NCBI RefSeq assembly: GCF_036321535.1 | Contig: NC_087437.1 | Location: 17,610,001-17,674,000, forward strand | Reading direction: 5' to 3' | DNA from: Camelus dromedarius | Lineage: Eukaryota | Length of the DNA: 64,000 nt | Shown: one piece after another, positions 13,519-25,329 of the stretch | How positions within the stretch are numbered: the first letter of the stretch is position 1 | Layout of the letters: the number at the start of each line of letters is the position of its first letter | Program-made: the position numbers and the translations under genes | Notes under the pieces: model-generated | Database searches by the model: none | Told to the model about the DNA's origin: nothing | Seen by the model: only the letters and a program-made list of their open reading frames with translations

Positions 13519-13580
13519 ACATATATATACACCTATTTCTGGATGTTATATTTTGTTCTATTGATTTATTTGTTGATATT
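13140..13580 (-). mobile_element. Old L1M fragment containing a (GT)n microsatellite at ~13481-13516
   Basis: 'tgttccaacatcatttgttgaaaaga' L1 ORF2 antisense motif. Confidence 0.75.
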
Positions 13581-14020
13581 CATTGGATTATAAACTTAAA
13601 ATCTGTGCTTTTTTGGTATGTAAATTATACTTCAATAACAAAAGATGTAATGATAAAAAAGTCTTATTCTATGTCTGGGTCAATGTTTGCCAAAAAGGGA
13701 TAGTAATTAGTGAGTTAGGAAACATATGCTTTCACTCTAACGAATCTACTTTTACACAGAAGTCCTTTTACCCATACATTCAATCAGTATACATTTATTA
13801 AGAGCTTTTACCTTCTAGACACTGTGGTGCTCGTTCTGAGCAACCCATGGTCCCTGTTCTTGATGACCTAATAGCTGAGTGAGAAGAAATGGACATGAAA
13901 ATGAAAGTGACAACCCAGTGTGGTAAGGCTTGTAAGGCAGGTAAACAGGGCACTGTGGGAGCCAGAGAGAGCCATCCAACCCAGGGATCAGGGAAAGACT
14001 TGTCAAAGAGCTGGTGAACT

Positions 14021-14235
14021 GCCGGGCATGGTGGCACATGCCTGCAGTCCCAGCCATACGGGAGGCTGAAGCAGGAGGATGGCTCAAGCCCAGGAGTTCT
14101 GGGCTGTAGTGTGCTATGCTGATCGGGTGTCCGCGCTAAGTTTGACATCAGTATGGTGACCTCCCGGGAGCGGAGGACGATCAGGTTGCCTAAGGAGGGG
14201 TAAACCGACCCAGATGGGAAACCGAGCAGGTCAAA
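14021..14235 (+). pseudogene. RN7SL (pseudogene): 7SL (SRP RNA) retropseudogene, 3'-truncated and tailless
   Basis: Starts at 7SL +1 (GCCGGG), includes S-domain sequence (ggtgacctcccgggagc...aggttgcctaaggagggg), stops at internal GGTCAAA; flanking repeat gtcaaagagc[tg/at]gtgaa 14002-14018 / 14230-14246. Confidence 0.95.
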
Positions 14236-15227
14236 GAGCATGTGAATGGGTTGTGTTCCCAGTAATGGGGAACTGGCTTGGCACAGAGGAAGGACCACCT
14301 GTGGTTATAGTGATGCTAAGATCAGGAGCTTAAGTCACTGACTTGAGTTCACTCAGATGATAAATGTGGAGTCAGGATTCGAAACCAAGCCATTCCAAAG
14401 ACTGGGTCTTTAGCACTATTTCACATCAAAGAGCTTGGGAGCCAGTTGTGTTCAAAGTAAGATAAGTATAGCGCTTATCTCTGTAATTACTTACCTGAAT
14501 TTTGGATACATTAAAAAAATTTTCCCTCAGAAAATTGTGCTGCTTATTTTTAATTTGGAAAAGAGACCTCATTTTACCATCCCACTTCTGGAAGTAGTTC
14601 AAGGCAGGAAAGATCCACACAGACACTGTTTCATGAGTGCTGGTCAGAGCAGGACACCTCTGTAGGCAGAAAGGCAGGGGGAGTGGGAAGGACTTATGCC
14701 AGAGCCCCAGCCAATGTCACAAACCTTCTCTCACAGGTTAAGTATTCTTTGAAACCCTTAACCTCGTTTATGAAAACTGGGAAATGTCAATAAAAATAGA
14801 ATTTTCAACATAGATAGTGTTTCAAAACACCAGGTACATTTTGAGAAAAATGGTCAACAAATATTGTTGATAAAATATTTATAAAGGACCAAGCAAATAT
14901 AGATAATCTCAGTGATATTACATTCTAATAGATGCTTTCAAGCAAGACTTTTGTAATATATGAGGCCATTTCGCCAAATTCTTGCTAGAGAGATTTTCTC
15001 ATTTGTCTTTTGATCTAAGGCTTACTATTCTCATTTTAAGTATTATATTTGGAAGACTTTGATTTTTAAGAAATTACCACCTTTTATAATGCCATGTGTT
15101 CTAAAAGTATTTGCCTAATTCCTCATACTGCTTTGGAATTCCTGGCAATTGGAATATGTACTTTTACATGAGTTCTCTTGATTTTCTTCTTTTTTGGGGG
15201 TGTGTGTTTTATCTTTAAAAAATTTTT

Positions 15228-15713
15228 TTAAATCTTTTTTTTAATTGAAGTATAGTCAGTTTACAGTGTTGTGTCAATTTCTGGTGTACAGCACAGTGCT
15301 TCAGTCATACATGAATATAAATATATTCATTTTCATATTCTTTTCACCATAAGCTACTGTAAGATATCAAATATAGTTCCTTGTGCTATACAGTATAAAC
15401 TTATTTATCTGTTTTATATATACCAGTCAGTATCTGCAAATCTTGAACTCCCAATTTATCCCTTCCCATCCCCTTCCCCCCGGTAACCATAAGTTTGTTT
15501 TCTTATGTCTGTGAGTCTGTTTCTGTTCTGTAAATAAGTTCATTTGTCTTTTATTTATTTATTTATTTTAGATTCCACATATGAGTGATATCATATGGTA
15601 TTTTTCTTTCTCTTTCTGGCTTACTTCACTTAGAATGACATTCTCCAGGGCCATCCATGTTGCTGCAAATGGCATTCTTTTATTTTTTATGGCTGAATAG
15701 TATTCCATTGTAT
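15228..15713 (-). mobile_element. Camelid-type L1 3' end
   Basis: Shared 3'UTR plus ORF2 end 'ttctggcttacttcacttagaatgaca'; no clear TSD. Confidence 0.9.
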
Positions 15714-15957
15714 GAAATATGAATGTCCTATACCAAGGCTCAGACAACTGGGAAGGGCTGGAGCTTAGAGTGAGACCTGCTTCCTGAGGGAGAGCACATG
15801 CTGAGTGCCCATCTACACTGGCTAAGACAGTTCAGTCCTGCAGAGAACATTGGATACAGTGGGATAAGTGGGATGCTGACTTGATTAGAATATGGCCAGT
15901 ATCAGGCAGTGGAGGGGTGAGTGATGTGTCTGCCTAAAGGATTCAGAGTTCTGAGAG

Positions 15958-16452
15958 GCATGTGCATCAGTCAGGATGCTTTCAGCTGTAACAGTAGAAA
16001 ACATCAACACAATAGATGTAAACAAAAGGGAAATTCATTTGGTCATATAACTGGAACTCCAGAGGCAGGGCTAGCTTTAGGGTTGATTTTATCCAAAGGC
16101 TTTGACTACATTTCTGTATTTTTCTTCATTCTGCTTCATCCTGAGATGGATGATAAGGAGATGAATCACTCCCAGGCACTGTGTATGAATATGATAATGT
16201 CCAGTGGAAGAGGGAGAGCATCCCTTTGGGGTTGGTCTTCCAGAAAAGCAAGGAAGCACTTTCCCAGAAGCCCTTAAAATCCTCATTGGCTCATTCTCAA
16301 ACCAATCACTAGCAAGGAGGCTGGGATTTCCTTTGGATTCATCAGGCCTCTTACTGGAGCTGGGGTGGCCATCTGCTTCCCACAGGAGAGGGTGTTTTGT
16401 TGGGGATGAGGTGGGGAATGGATGCAGGGTAAGCTATCTGGTATCCACAACA
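15958..16452 (-). mobile_element. MLT1 (ERVL-MaLR) solo LTR, MLT1K/L-like
   Basis: 'catcagtcaggatgctttcagctg' terminus, 'ctcattggc...aaccaatcact' internal motif. Confidence 0.6.
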
Positions 16453-19400
16453 ATGGGGAATCTGGAAAGAAGGGACCCTCAGAAATTTAGATCTGTGATG
16501 AGAACCAGGGAAGTTTGAGAGCAGCTCATAAAGTCCTAGGCACCAGGTGAGGGCTGGCATTATTGAAGGAGCAGGAACTACGTAAGATAGGAAAACCATG
16601 GTCCATGAACAGGGTGATCAGCCAGAAATCCAGACAGAAGAACTGGGACTCAGGGTTGGGTCCAGATCAGCACAAGTGTGACCTGATGCCTAGGTCAGGA
16701 TTGGCATGAGTGGGCCAGTGGAGTTTGGGAACATCAGTGAATGCATTAGATAAGAGGAAATAGGGCTGATCTAACAAGGGGAGCTACTGCCCAAAAGGCA
16801 GACCAAGTGGGCAGGACCATCCCATTGACTGGGTGGGGGGAGTCACACAGTAAGAAGAGCAGGCCAGGTCGGGAGAGGTGGGTTGGGATGAAGGAAAGGA
16901 TAGTTCGGTGCTAGAAGGCAGGAAGCCAAGAAGGAGCTGCTGGGGTGCAGCGGAGGGTGTAGTTACTACCGACCGCAGCCTCTTTGGTAGCTGCACTAGC
17001 CATATTTGTGTTTAAAGTGATAGTGCTCATTGATTGCTGCTGGGGGCCAAGCGGCCTCAGTTGAGGGGTGAGGAAGAAAGCAGAGGCTGGGGAACTAGTT
17101 CTCTGTGTCAAAACAAAGAAACTGGATGATGTTGATGCATTCCTGGGTGTAGCTGCCACTCAGGGTTCTTAATGAAGTAAAAAAAAAAAAAAAATCTTCC
17201 AGCTGAAAATTTGTTCTCAGGTCAATGGTAAAGGTGACAGATAATATGTTACTAGCTTTTCTGTCGATTATCCATTATGTTATGAGGATTGTATGTTGAA
17301 ACACTGCAGATAAAGTGTCTCAATTGAGACTATAATTTAGATTTAATGAGTTATTATATGTTAATAAAAGATCAATTAGCAGGTAAATAGCCATCGATCC
17401 AGGTACAATAAGTATGTCAGAAAGACATCAAGTTGTTGAAATAACTGGAGATTGCAGGAGCAACATGTGAGCAATTAGATTCTCAATATAGTCAGGCTAT
17501 AATGAATGTCAATGCATTTAATTGCCATTTAACAAGAAAGCTTAATGTAAAGTCTCATGCCTATTAACTCACATACCTGTTCACTGTTCCTCAGTAGGGT
17601 CATTTATTCATTGGTTCATTCAACAAATATTTAATTAAGCATCCACCAGGTGAAGTGAGAGAAACGTGAGTATTAGGTACATTTGATTCCCTGCCTTCAA
17701 AGGACTTAAAATCCAGTATTGAAATAACACTCACCTATAAGGAAGAATAAAGGGACAAGGTAGATAGTAGGACCTTTTTCACATATTTTCTGATTAAGTT
17801 CCAGTTATCACCACCATCAACTGAAATTTCTCACATGTTGAAAGAAAACTTTTTTGTTGGGAGCTGCAGAGTTTAGGGGCTGTTTGTCACTACAGCATGA
17901 TGTAGTAAAGCTGACTAATACAGAGAATAGAAGAGTGGTTGACTGAGTCAGGCCAGAGACGTGTGTTCTGGTGTGATGTTGTCATAGGAGATGCTAAAGT
18001 TTTATCATCCTGGGAATTTGGAGACCAGTGCTTGAAAAGTACATTAGCTTTCAGTAGGGCAAGTGGGCCTTGATAAGTCAAAATGACTCTCAGTGTTTTC
18101 ATGCCCAGTCTCCAAGAATCTCAATTTCTCTGGGACCATAGAAGGATCTGGATGCCACTAATATCTGATAGTAATGGTTAAAATGGCAAATTTTGTCTCA
18201 GTCAAAAAGAAATTTTATATATATATGTATTTGTAACTGAAGTGGTTACATTCTGGAGTGCCTGTATAGCTCATGCTGTCGTTTCACTGAGAACTGAACT
18301 CCTTCTTCTAAGGGGGTCCCTGTGGCCATGTTCCCACCTCCTACCTTGGTTCCCCTGGTCGTCTGAAGGTCTTTAAGATGCACGACCTCTGTCTGAGTCT
18401 GGCGTTATCTCCCAGGCTCTGCCCTGGAAAGTGGCACACTGGTTCTTTTTCCTTTTTGGGTTCTTTCTTTCACTAAGCTCTTTCCCCCAGGACCAGGAAG
18501 TTTTTTTATTTTTATTTAAAAAAAACCCCAACAACTCATTGTCAGGCAGGAAAATGGCTGTGTCATTACTGCATTACTGCATTCTACCCTGCACGAGTTT
18601 ATTTCACAAATAATGTTTAAGGCTCTGAATCTTGGAAATCACAATTCTTTTTCCTTCCCCCAAAGCTCAGCTTTTTCTAGGAACTTCAAGATCTTCTTCA
18701 GTTGCCCAGAAGTCAATCTCTGTCTCTTCAGCCCTCCCTGGGGTGTCCACAGAGAGCTGGAGCTGCCTCAGTGCTCAGTGCTGGAGGAGATATCTGGTCC
18801 TGCAAAGCAAAGGAGTGAGAAGTGTTTGTTGTACATGTTGTGACCTAACAGACCCCAAGCCCAGACTTCCCTAAGTCTCCCGTATACGCATCTTGGTTAG
18901 TGTTGACTTGGAGGAGTAGAGATACAGGGTCTGTGTCCCACTTTTAAATGAACTGAAAGCTTAGATAAGAGATTCAGCACAGGAGATGAGAGACATGAGC
19001 GTTGGCCGGGGGAGGAAACTGGAGTCAGAGGTGGCCATGAGAACAAGGTCTTTAGGTATTAGCAGGAATCCAGGTGACCCCGCTGGACATCCTCCCCATG
19101 TGGGAAAGGAAACCCCTGAAGTCTGGATATTTGGAGACACTGATGGAGATGACACCTGAATTCCACTTGTAAAATAAACAAATAACCAAAGTCACAATCT
19201 GCTTGAAAAGTGGGAAACTCAGACACATATTTCAAAGATGGGTTACAAAATTGTTTCTAAATTCAGTATTTCTCTATCTCAATTCAGATTTAGTTAGGTG
19301 AGTTTGTATCTACCGACAGAGTTAAACGTTAGCTTTGGAAGCCGTATTTAATTAACTGTGTCTTAAGAAACGACTTTCTAGGATCTGCTGTTCGTCTGCG

Positions 19401-20924
19401 TTTACTTCTGCAGCAGGAGGAAGGCTGTTGCTGAGCGGCTCTGTGAGACGGGCAAAGACAGAAAAGACAGAGGGCAGAGCCCCAGGGGAGGGCAGCGCAG
19501 GGTGGCAGCGAGGAGGGAGGTGCACAGGCAGATAAACAAAGGGTGGTTTTCGTACACACACAGCTCAGTGTGGAGCTACGTCAACAGGGGTTTTGTTTAT
19601 GTCTGAACCTTACTTTATTTTATTGGATAACCAAGTAGATGAAGGGACAGCACAGAGTAATTATTCTGCAGTCAAGCTGGCTCCCTTCTCTTGGCAAGGG
19701 GACGAGAGAGAAAATAAAGGAATGGGGGCGATGGACACTTCGTGTGCTACTTGTACTGGGACAGTCCCTTCCCCTAGAGGAGCTGGGGCTGCAAAGCACG
19801 TGACATCCTGAGTAAATTAATCCTGCCCATAGGCGGCAAGGGAAGCTTCCTCCAGAGCCCTCCCACATACAAACGCTGGGCTTAAAGGAGGTAAAAAGGC
19901 GATTTGAATAGCAAGCACTTAAAAAGACTCCCTTGTTCTCCACCTTCAGGTCTAATAGCCCTCCCCAGAGCAGACACGAAGTGTTCTAAGAGAAATGAAA
20001 ATAACCCGCCTAAACACACGTGAGCACACAACAAAAGCCCAGTTAAGAAGGTTAGCGACTTAGTTGTCTCAGCAACATGCCATCAAGTTGAGATGAGCAG
20101 GAAACACAGATAACACATGGAAGAAGGAAAACATCATAAGCCCACAAAGAGGGGAAAGCCGGGATGCTGAGAGAAGAAAAGCAAAGCCCCTTTTCTTGCT
20201 GTTTCATTAGGGGAACTTAACTTTTAAATAGCCTCTCAAAAAAGCTAAAATAGAATCCGCTTTTGTGTAACCTGTGTCCTGGGTGTGTGTGAAGAAATTG
20301 TGTTATCAGCATTTCCTGTGTGGCACCGTGTTCAAAAGCGAAATTGTTATGAATGTTCGTATAATTCCACAGGGAAACAAAAGTGGTGTCATGTTAAAAT
20401 GGGATTTGATTTTTTATTAGAAATTAGTGGTCTGGGATAAACATACAGAAATGGCCCAATGTAGATTGCTTTGCCTACCTGAGCCAAAACTCATCATAAT
20501 ATTACAGCACAAAATGAGACAGATGGACATTTTAAAGCCTGATTCTTTCTCTGCTAAGATTATATTCAGAAAATTGCTGACATTTGGTTCCTAGGAGAGG
20601 GACATTTCTGATTGTGGAAATTCGACATCTATACTCTCAACCATGTAAACTTGGTTTTGGAACAAGAGCCTGGGGGTAGGAGGGAAGTTAAAGGAAGGCA
20701 GGAAAAGAGGCAGGAGAAGGTGAAAAGGACCAGCCGATTCCATTATTACACGCCTCCAGTTATTAGAAAACGTCTTTTAATGTTGAATCAAAATCTGTCA
20801 CCCGGTAACTTTCTAGATCCTACACTCTGGAATCACGCAGAACAAATCAGCTTTCTCTGGCTTGATCAGTTCTTTAGATATTTGAACGACAGCATTTCTT
20901 TCCGTGATCTTCCTGTCTCTGGGC

Positions 20925-21097
20925 CAAGGGTTCTTAAAGTGTGGTCCCCAAACAGTGACATCAGCATCTCCTGGGAGCTTGTAGGAAATGCAAATCCTCA
21001 GATCCCTTCCGCCCGACCTAGGGCATGGGTCCTAGTGATCTGGGCTTCGACAGTCCTCCAGGCGATTCTGATGAAGGCTCAAATTCGAGAACCACTG
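20925..21097. mobile_element. MER5A-like hAT-Charlie MITE
   Basis: TIR-like ends (caagggttcttaaa ... ttcgagaaccactg) and 'catcagcatctcctgggagcttgtaggaaatgcaaat'. Confidence 0.85.
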
Positions 21098-21515
21098 CCT
21101 GAGGCTAAGAATCCTTTGTTCAATCAACTCTCATGTTCTAATTTACCCATTCATTCATCCATCCATTCATTTATACATCAAATATTTGTCAGCCTAACAC
21201 ATTGTAGACTGGGACAAAGGATAAAGACAGGAAAGTCACAGTTTGTGCTCTCAGAATTCCCTCCCCATTCTGACTGTCCTCTGTTGCCTGATTGGTTGTA
21301 ATTCTCAGATGTGATCAATCTGTAGCATGTAGCACAGCAGGACTGCTTCCTTCCTAAAGGTAACATTTATTACACATTTTATCCACAATGTGGATATGAG
21401 AGAAATTGTCCAATGCCTCACTGAATCTGAGAGATGTTTGAGCAAGGATCTGGGATAACGGAACAGAAGTCTGGGGAAGATTAATCTAGGTATAGTGGTT
21501 AGGACTATTAGGCGG

Positions 21516-21969
21516 TGTGGTAGATTGCTCCTCCTAACTCACTCCTAGTGAATCAGCCTCCCGCTACCCAACCTCTTGTGTAGTTCCTGCTCACATTCAT
21601 GCTGTGGGCTTGGTCATGTGACTTGCTTTGGCCAATGGGGCATCAACAAGCACAAAGCAAGCAGAAGTTTGTTAAGTGCTTGTGCATTAGGGTTTAGCCT
21701 CTTAGAATTCAGCTTCTACTATGTGTTCAAGCCCAGCTTGGTAGGGTCTCCTTGAGGATGAAAGAGTACACAAAGAGAGGGTCCAGAAATCCTGGCTGTC
21801 CTCACCACCCCAGCTGCATTAAACTTCACACAGACCCCTGAATTAATCCATGTGAGATCAGCAAAGAACTGCTCAGTCAACCCCCAAAATTGTGAAAAAG
21901 AATATTCATGGTGTTTTTAGCCATTAAGCTCTGGGGTGGTTTGTTACATGGCAATAGATAACTAATACT
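21516..21969 (+). mobile_element. MLT1 solo LTR
   Basis: Begins tgtggtagattg, ends 'ggtggtttgttacatggcaatagataactaatac'. Confidence 0.8.
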
Positions 21970-22321
21970 GGAGAGTACTAAAGATAAAAGGGGGCTTTGG
22001 GGACTAGGTGATCAGTATACAGGGGCAGGACCATGGAGATGGGAAAGGGGAGGAGACCTTATATGAGGGGCAGTTTCCCTGTGGAAGGAGCTCATCTTTG
22101 GATGATATGTAAAGATGGTTCCGAGATTTCAGAAACATAGAGAATGACAGAGCCTAAACAAAATATATGTCTGTTCTTGGAAAGCATCTCAGTTGTGTGC
22201 TCTTAAGAGGAAATAAATGGTATTTTGGAGATTATCTCTACTAGTAGAGGTTGTCATCAGAAGTACAGTGGAAGCTTTGTTGAGATGACTTGGTAGATCC
22301 TATCAGAACTGTAACTCCAAG

Positions 22322-22880
22322 TGTCTTTGTTGTCTATGGCTATGTTACAAATTACCGCCAAACCTAGCAATTTGAAACAAATATTTATTTTCTCCCAGTT
22401 TATGTGAGTCATCGAGGTGTGGTTTTCCTGAGTTCAGAGTCTCTTACAAGGTTGCAATTACAGCATCGACTAGGACTGCAGTCATCTCAAGGCTCCACTG
22501 GGGAAGGATTCACTTTCTAAACTCACATACAATGCTTTGGGGAGAATTAAATTCCTCATGGGTTGTTGGACTGGGGGACCTCAGTTCCTTGCTTGCTGTT
22601 GGCTGGAATCTTTCCTTAGTTTCTTGCCACGTGGGCTTCCCCAGATGGCAGCTCACCATAGGGCACCTGGCTTCATCAGAGCAAGGAAGAGGACACACTT
22701 AACAGGACGCCAAAATCTTTTGGTAACCCAATCTTGGGAGAGACATCCCATCACGTTTGTCATATTTTATTCATAAGACATGAGTCCATAGGTTAGCATA
22801 CACTCAAGAGGAAGGCATTAGGCGAGGACATGTATTTTAGGAGGTGAAGCTCACTAGAACCACTTGAGATGTCTTCTCCT
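22322..22880 (-). mobile_element. MLT1 solo LTR
   Basis: 'gctatgttacaaattaccgccaaacctagcaatttgaaacaa' antisense MaLR LTR end. Confidence 0.75.
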
Positions 22881-23054
22881 CTGGGATTGTGTGTTAAGTA
22901 TTATCTCTGATTGTGCAACACATAGGTGGCCACAGCTTTGTTAGCCTGGGTCAGAATTTCCATCTTCTTGAATGAGGAACATTGAAAACCATCCTATATC
23001 CACCCTCTAGGCTTCAGATCCTCTGAATTGGTCACATAGAGGAATCTATTTTCT

Positions 23055-23712
23055 TTTTTTTTTTTTTTTTTTAACATTTTTTATTGATTTATAATCATTT
23101 TACAATGTTGTGTCAAATTCCAGTGTTCAGCACAATTTTTCAGTTATTCATGGACATATACACATTCATTGTCACATTTTTTTCTCTGTGAGTTATCATA
23201 ACATTTTGTGTATATTTCCCTGTGCTATACAGTGTAGTCTATTCTACAATTCTGAAATCCCAGTCTATCCCTTCCCACCCTCCACCCCCCTGGTAACCAC
23301 AAGTCTGTATTCTCTGTCTGTGAGTCTATTTCTGTCCTTTATTTACGCTTTGTTTTTGTTTGTTTGTTTGTTTTTGTTTTTGTTTTTTAGATTCCACATA
23401 TGAGCGATCTCATATGGTATTTTTCTTTCTCTTTCTGGCTTACTTCACTTAGAATGACATTCTCCAGGAGCATCCATGTTGCTGCAAATGGCATTATGTT
23501 GTTGGTTTTTATGGCTGAGTAGTATTCCATTGTATAAATATACCACCTCTTCTTTATCCAGTCACCTGTTGATGGACATTTAGGCTGTTTCCATGTTTTG
23601 GCTATTGTAAATGGTGCTGCTATGAACATTGGGGTGCAGGTGTCATCCTGAAGTAGATTTCCTTCTGGATACAAGCCCAGGAGTGGGATTCCTGGGTCAT
23701 ATGGTAAGTCTA
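23055..23712 (-). mobile_element. Young camelid L1, 5'-truncated (ORF2 C-terminus + 3'UTR + poly(A))
   Basis: Open ORF2 end (DLPYDPGIPLLGLYP...WIKKRWYIYTMEYYSAIK), pure T-run, perfect 15-bp TSD aggaatctattttct 23040-23054 / 23713-23727. Confidence 0.95.
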
Positions 23713-23879
23713 AGGAATCTATTTTCTGAAATAAGCTCATCTCCTTTGCTGAGAGAGCATCTGGGCTATCTGATGGGATGGCTTTTTTCTTCTGCCCATT
23801 TCACCTCAGAACATCAAAATCTTTACATACATCTGCTTGCTTTCCCTCTATTCAAACTCAAGTTCTCTCTCTTCAACAA

Positions 23880-24238
23880 ACCTGCTACCTGTGATTGCTA
23901 TTCCATTCCCTACCTGCTTGTGACCCCCAAACTTTCTACATAAGTGGTCTTCTAACCCCTGTACTCACTCTCTCCCCATTCCTCCCCCTGTAAGTTTCAC
24001 TGTCTGCATCCGCCTCCAACTCTCCATGAAAAATGCACTCTGCAGGGTAGTCAGGGACTCCCTTCCTTCACTGCAGCCACTGGCCCTTTGTCAGACCTCA
24101 TCCTCTTTGACTTCTTTACAACATTTGACAACATTCTTGTCTTCTCTTTCTTGTAGTGCTTTCTTTTGGTTTCTGGTGTAGGTATAATGTCCAGCACATA
24201 GTAGACGCTAAATGAATACTTGTGGTTGAATGAATACA
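23880..24238 (+). mobile_element. L2 fragments
   Basis: Ends 'cagcacatagtagacgctaaatgaatacttgtggttgaatgaat' (L2 3' terminus). Confidence 0.6.
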
Positions 24239-24737
24239 CTGCAAGTGTCTTCTGTTTCCAGGAATATTCCGTATCTGTCTCCTTTTTTGGCTCCATTTTC
24301 ACTTCTTTATCCTATAAATATGGATTTGATGTTTGAGTCTATGAGAAGTGTTTATTTCACTGAGAAGAGCTCATTTATTTCTTAGAGAAGTTTTGATGGA
24401 ATATGTTTTTCATAATATTGGTTGGTAGATGTGAGTGACCCTCATTTTTTCCTTTCCTATTTTAGATACTTAGCATCTGCTAGGTCCTGTGCTCAGGGAA
24501 GGTGTCTCCTTCCAGACCTAGGGGGTGAAGCATGATACATGAGAAGGTCATTGTGTTCTCACTGTCTGCCAGGGAGTAGTTTAGACCTGGGTGGGGCCTT
24601 TGGGATTTTTTCTTATGACTTTATTCCTTTTATATTTCTTCAATGTCAGCTCCATGGATTTGAGGAGACAAATATATGTGCTCAGTCTTCCACATAAATT
24701 AGATGCCTGACTGTGTTTTAACAGAGCCTATGCTAAT

Positions 24738-25310
24738 ATGTATCAGTTATCTATTGCTGCATAACAAGCCACCCCAAAATTAGCAGCTTGAAACAATAGT
24801 TATTTTACTTGCTCACAATTTGGTGAAGCAGCAGTTTGAGTTGGTCTCAGTTGGACAGCTCTTCTGCAACCTCATCTGGGGTCACTTAGTGGCTGCGGTC
24901 ATCAGACAGCTCTACTGAGGCTACATGGTGTAAGGCGTCCTCATTCACACATGTGGTGAATGGCGCAGCTTGTCAGTTGGCAAGTCTGTGGGGCTTTGAC
25001 TGCTCAACTCTGCAATGTGGCCTCTCCTCCTTCAGAAAGTTAACCAGGGTTTCATCACACAGCAGTTTCAGGGAAGTATTCTGACAAGGTAAGAGAAGCT
25101 GTTACAAAGCTTTTAAAGCCTATGTTTGGAAGTTGTGGGTTATTTCTGCCACATTCTATTGGATAGAAGAAGTCAACTTACAGGCCAGTTCAAATTCAAG
25201 GGATGGGGAAACTGAATCTACCCCAGGATGGTGAAGCTGCAAAGTCATATTGCAAAGGAGCATGTGGACGAGATGGGAGGATTTTGTGATCAATTTTTGC
25301 TATCTTCTGC
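24738..25310 (-). mobile_element. MLT1 solo LTR
   Basis: Starts 'tgtatcagttatctattgctgcataacaagccaccccaaaattagcagcttgaaacaa'. Confidence 0.8.
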
Positions 25311-25329
25311 TTATGCACTGAAGACTAAA

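Noticed and set aside
14021..14235. Alu element / primate contamination, or a functional SRP RNA gene
   Set aside because: Contains the 7SL S domain that Alus lack; missing the 3' part and Pol III terminator, with many substitutions.
20612..21301. Longest ORF in the track (229 aa)
   Set aside because: Non-ATG start, runs through a MER5A and an L2-like tail, no recognisable domain; chance ORF.
23387..23740. 117-aa ORF with real protein character
   Set aside because: It is the L1 ORF2 C-terminus of a truncated element, not a host gene.
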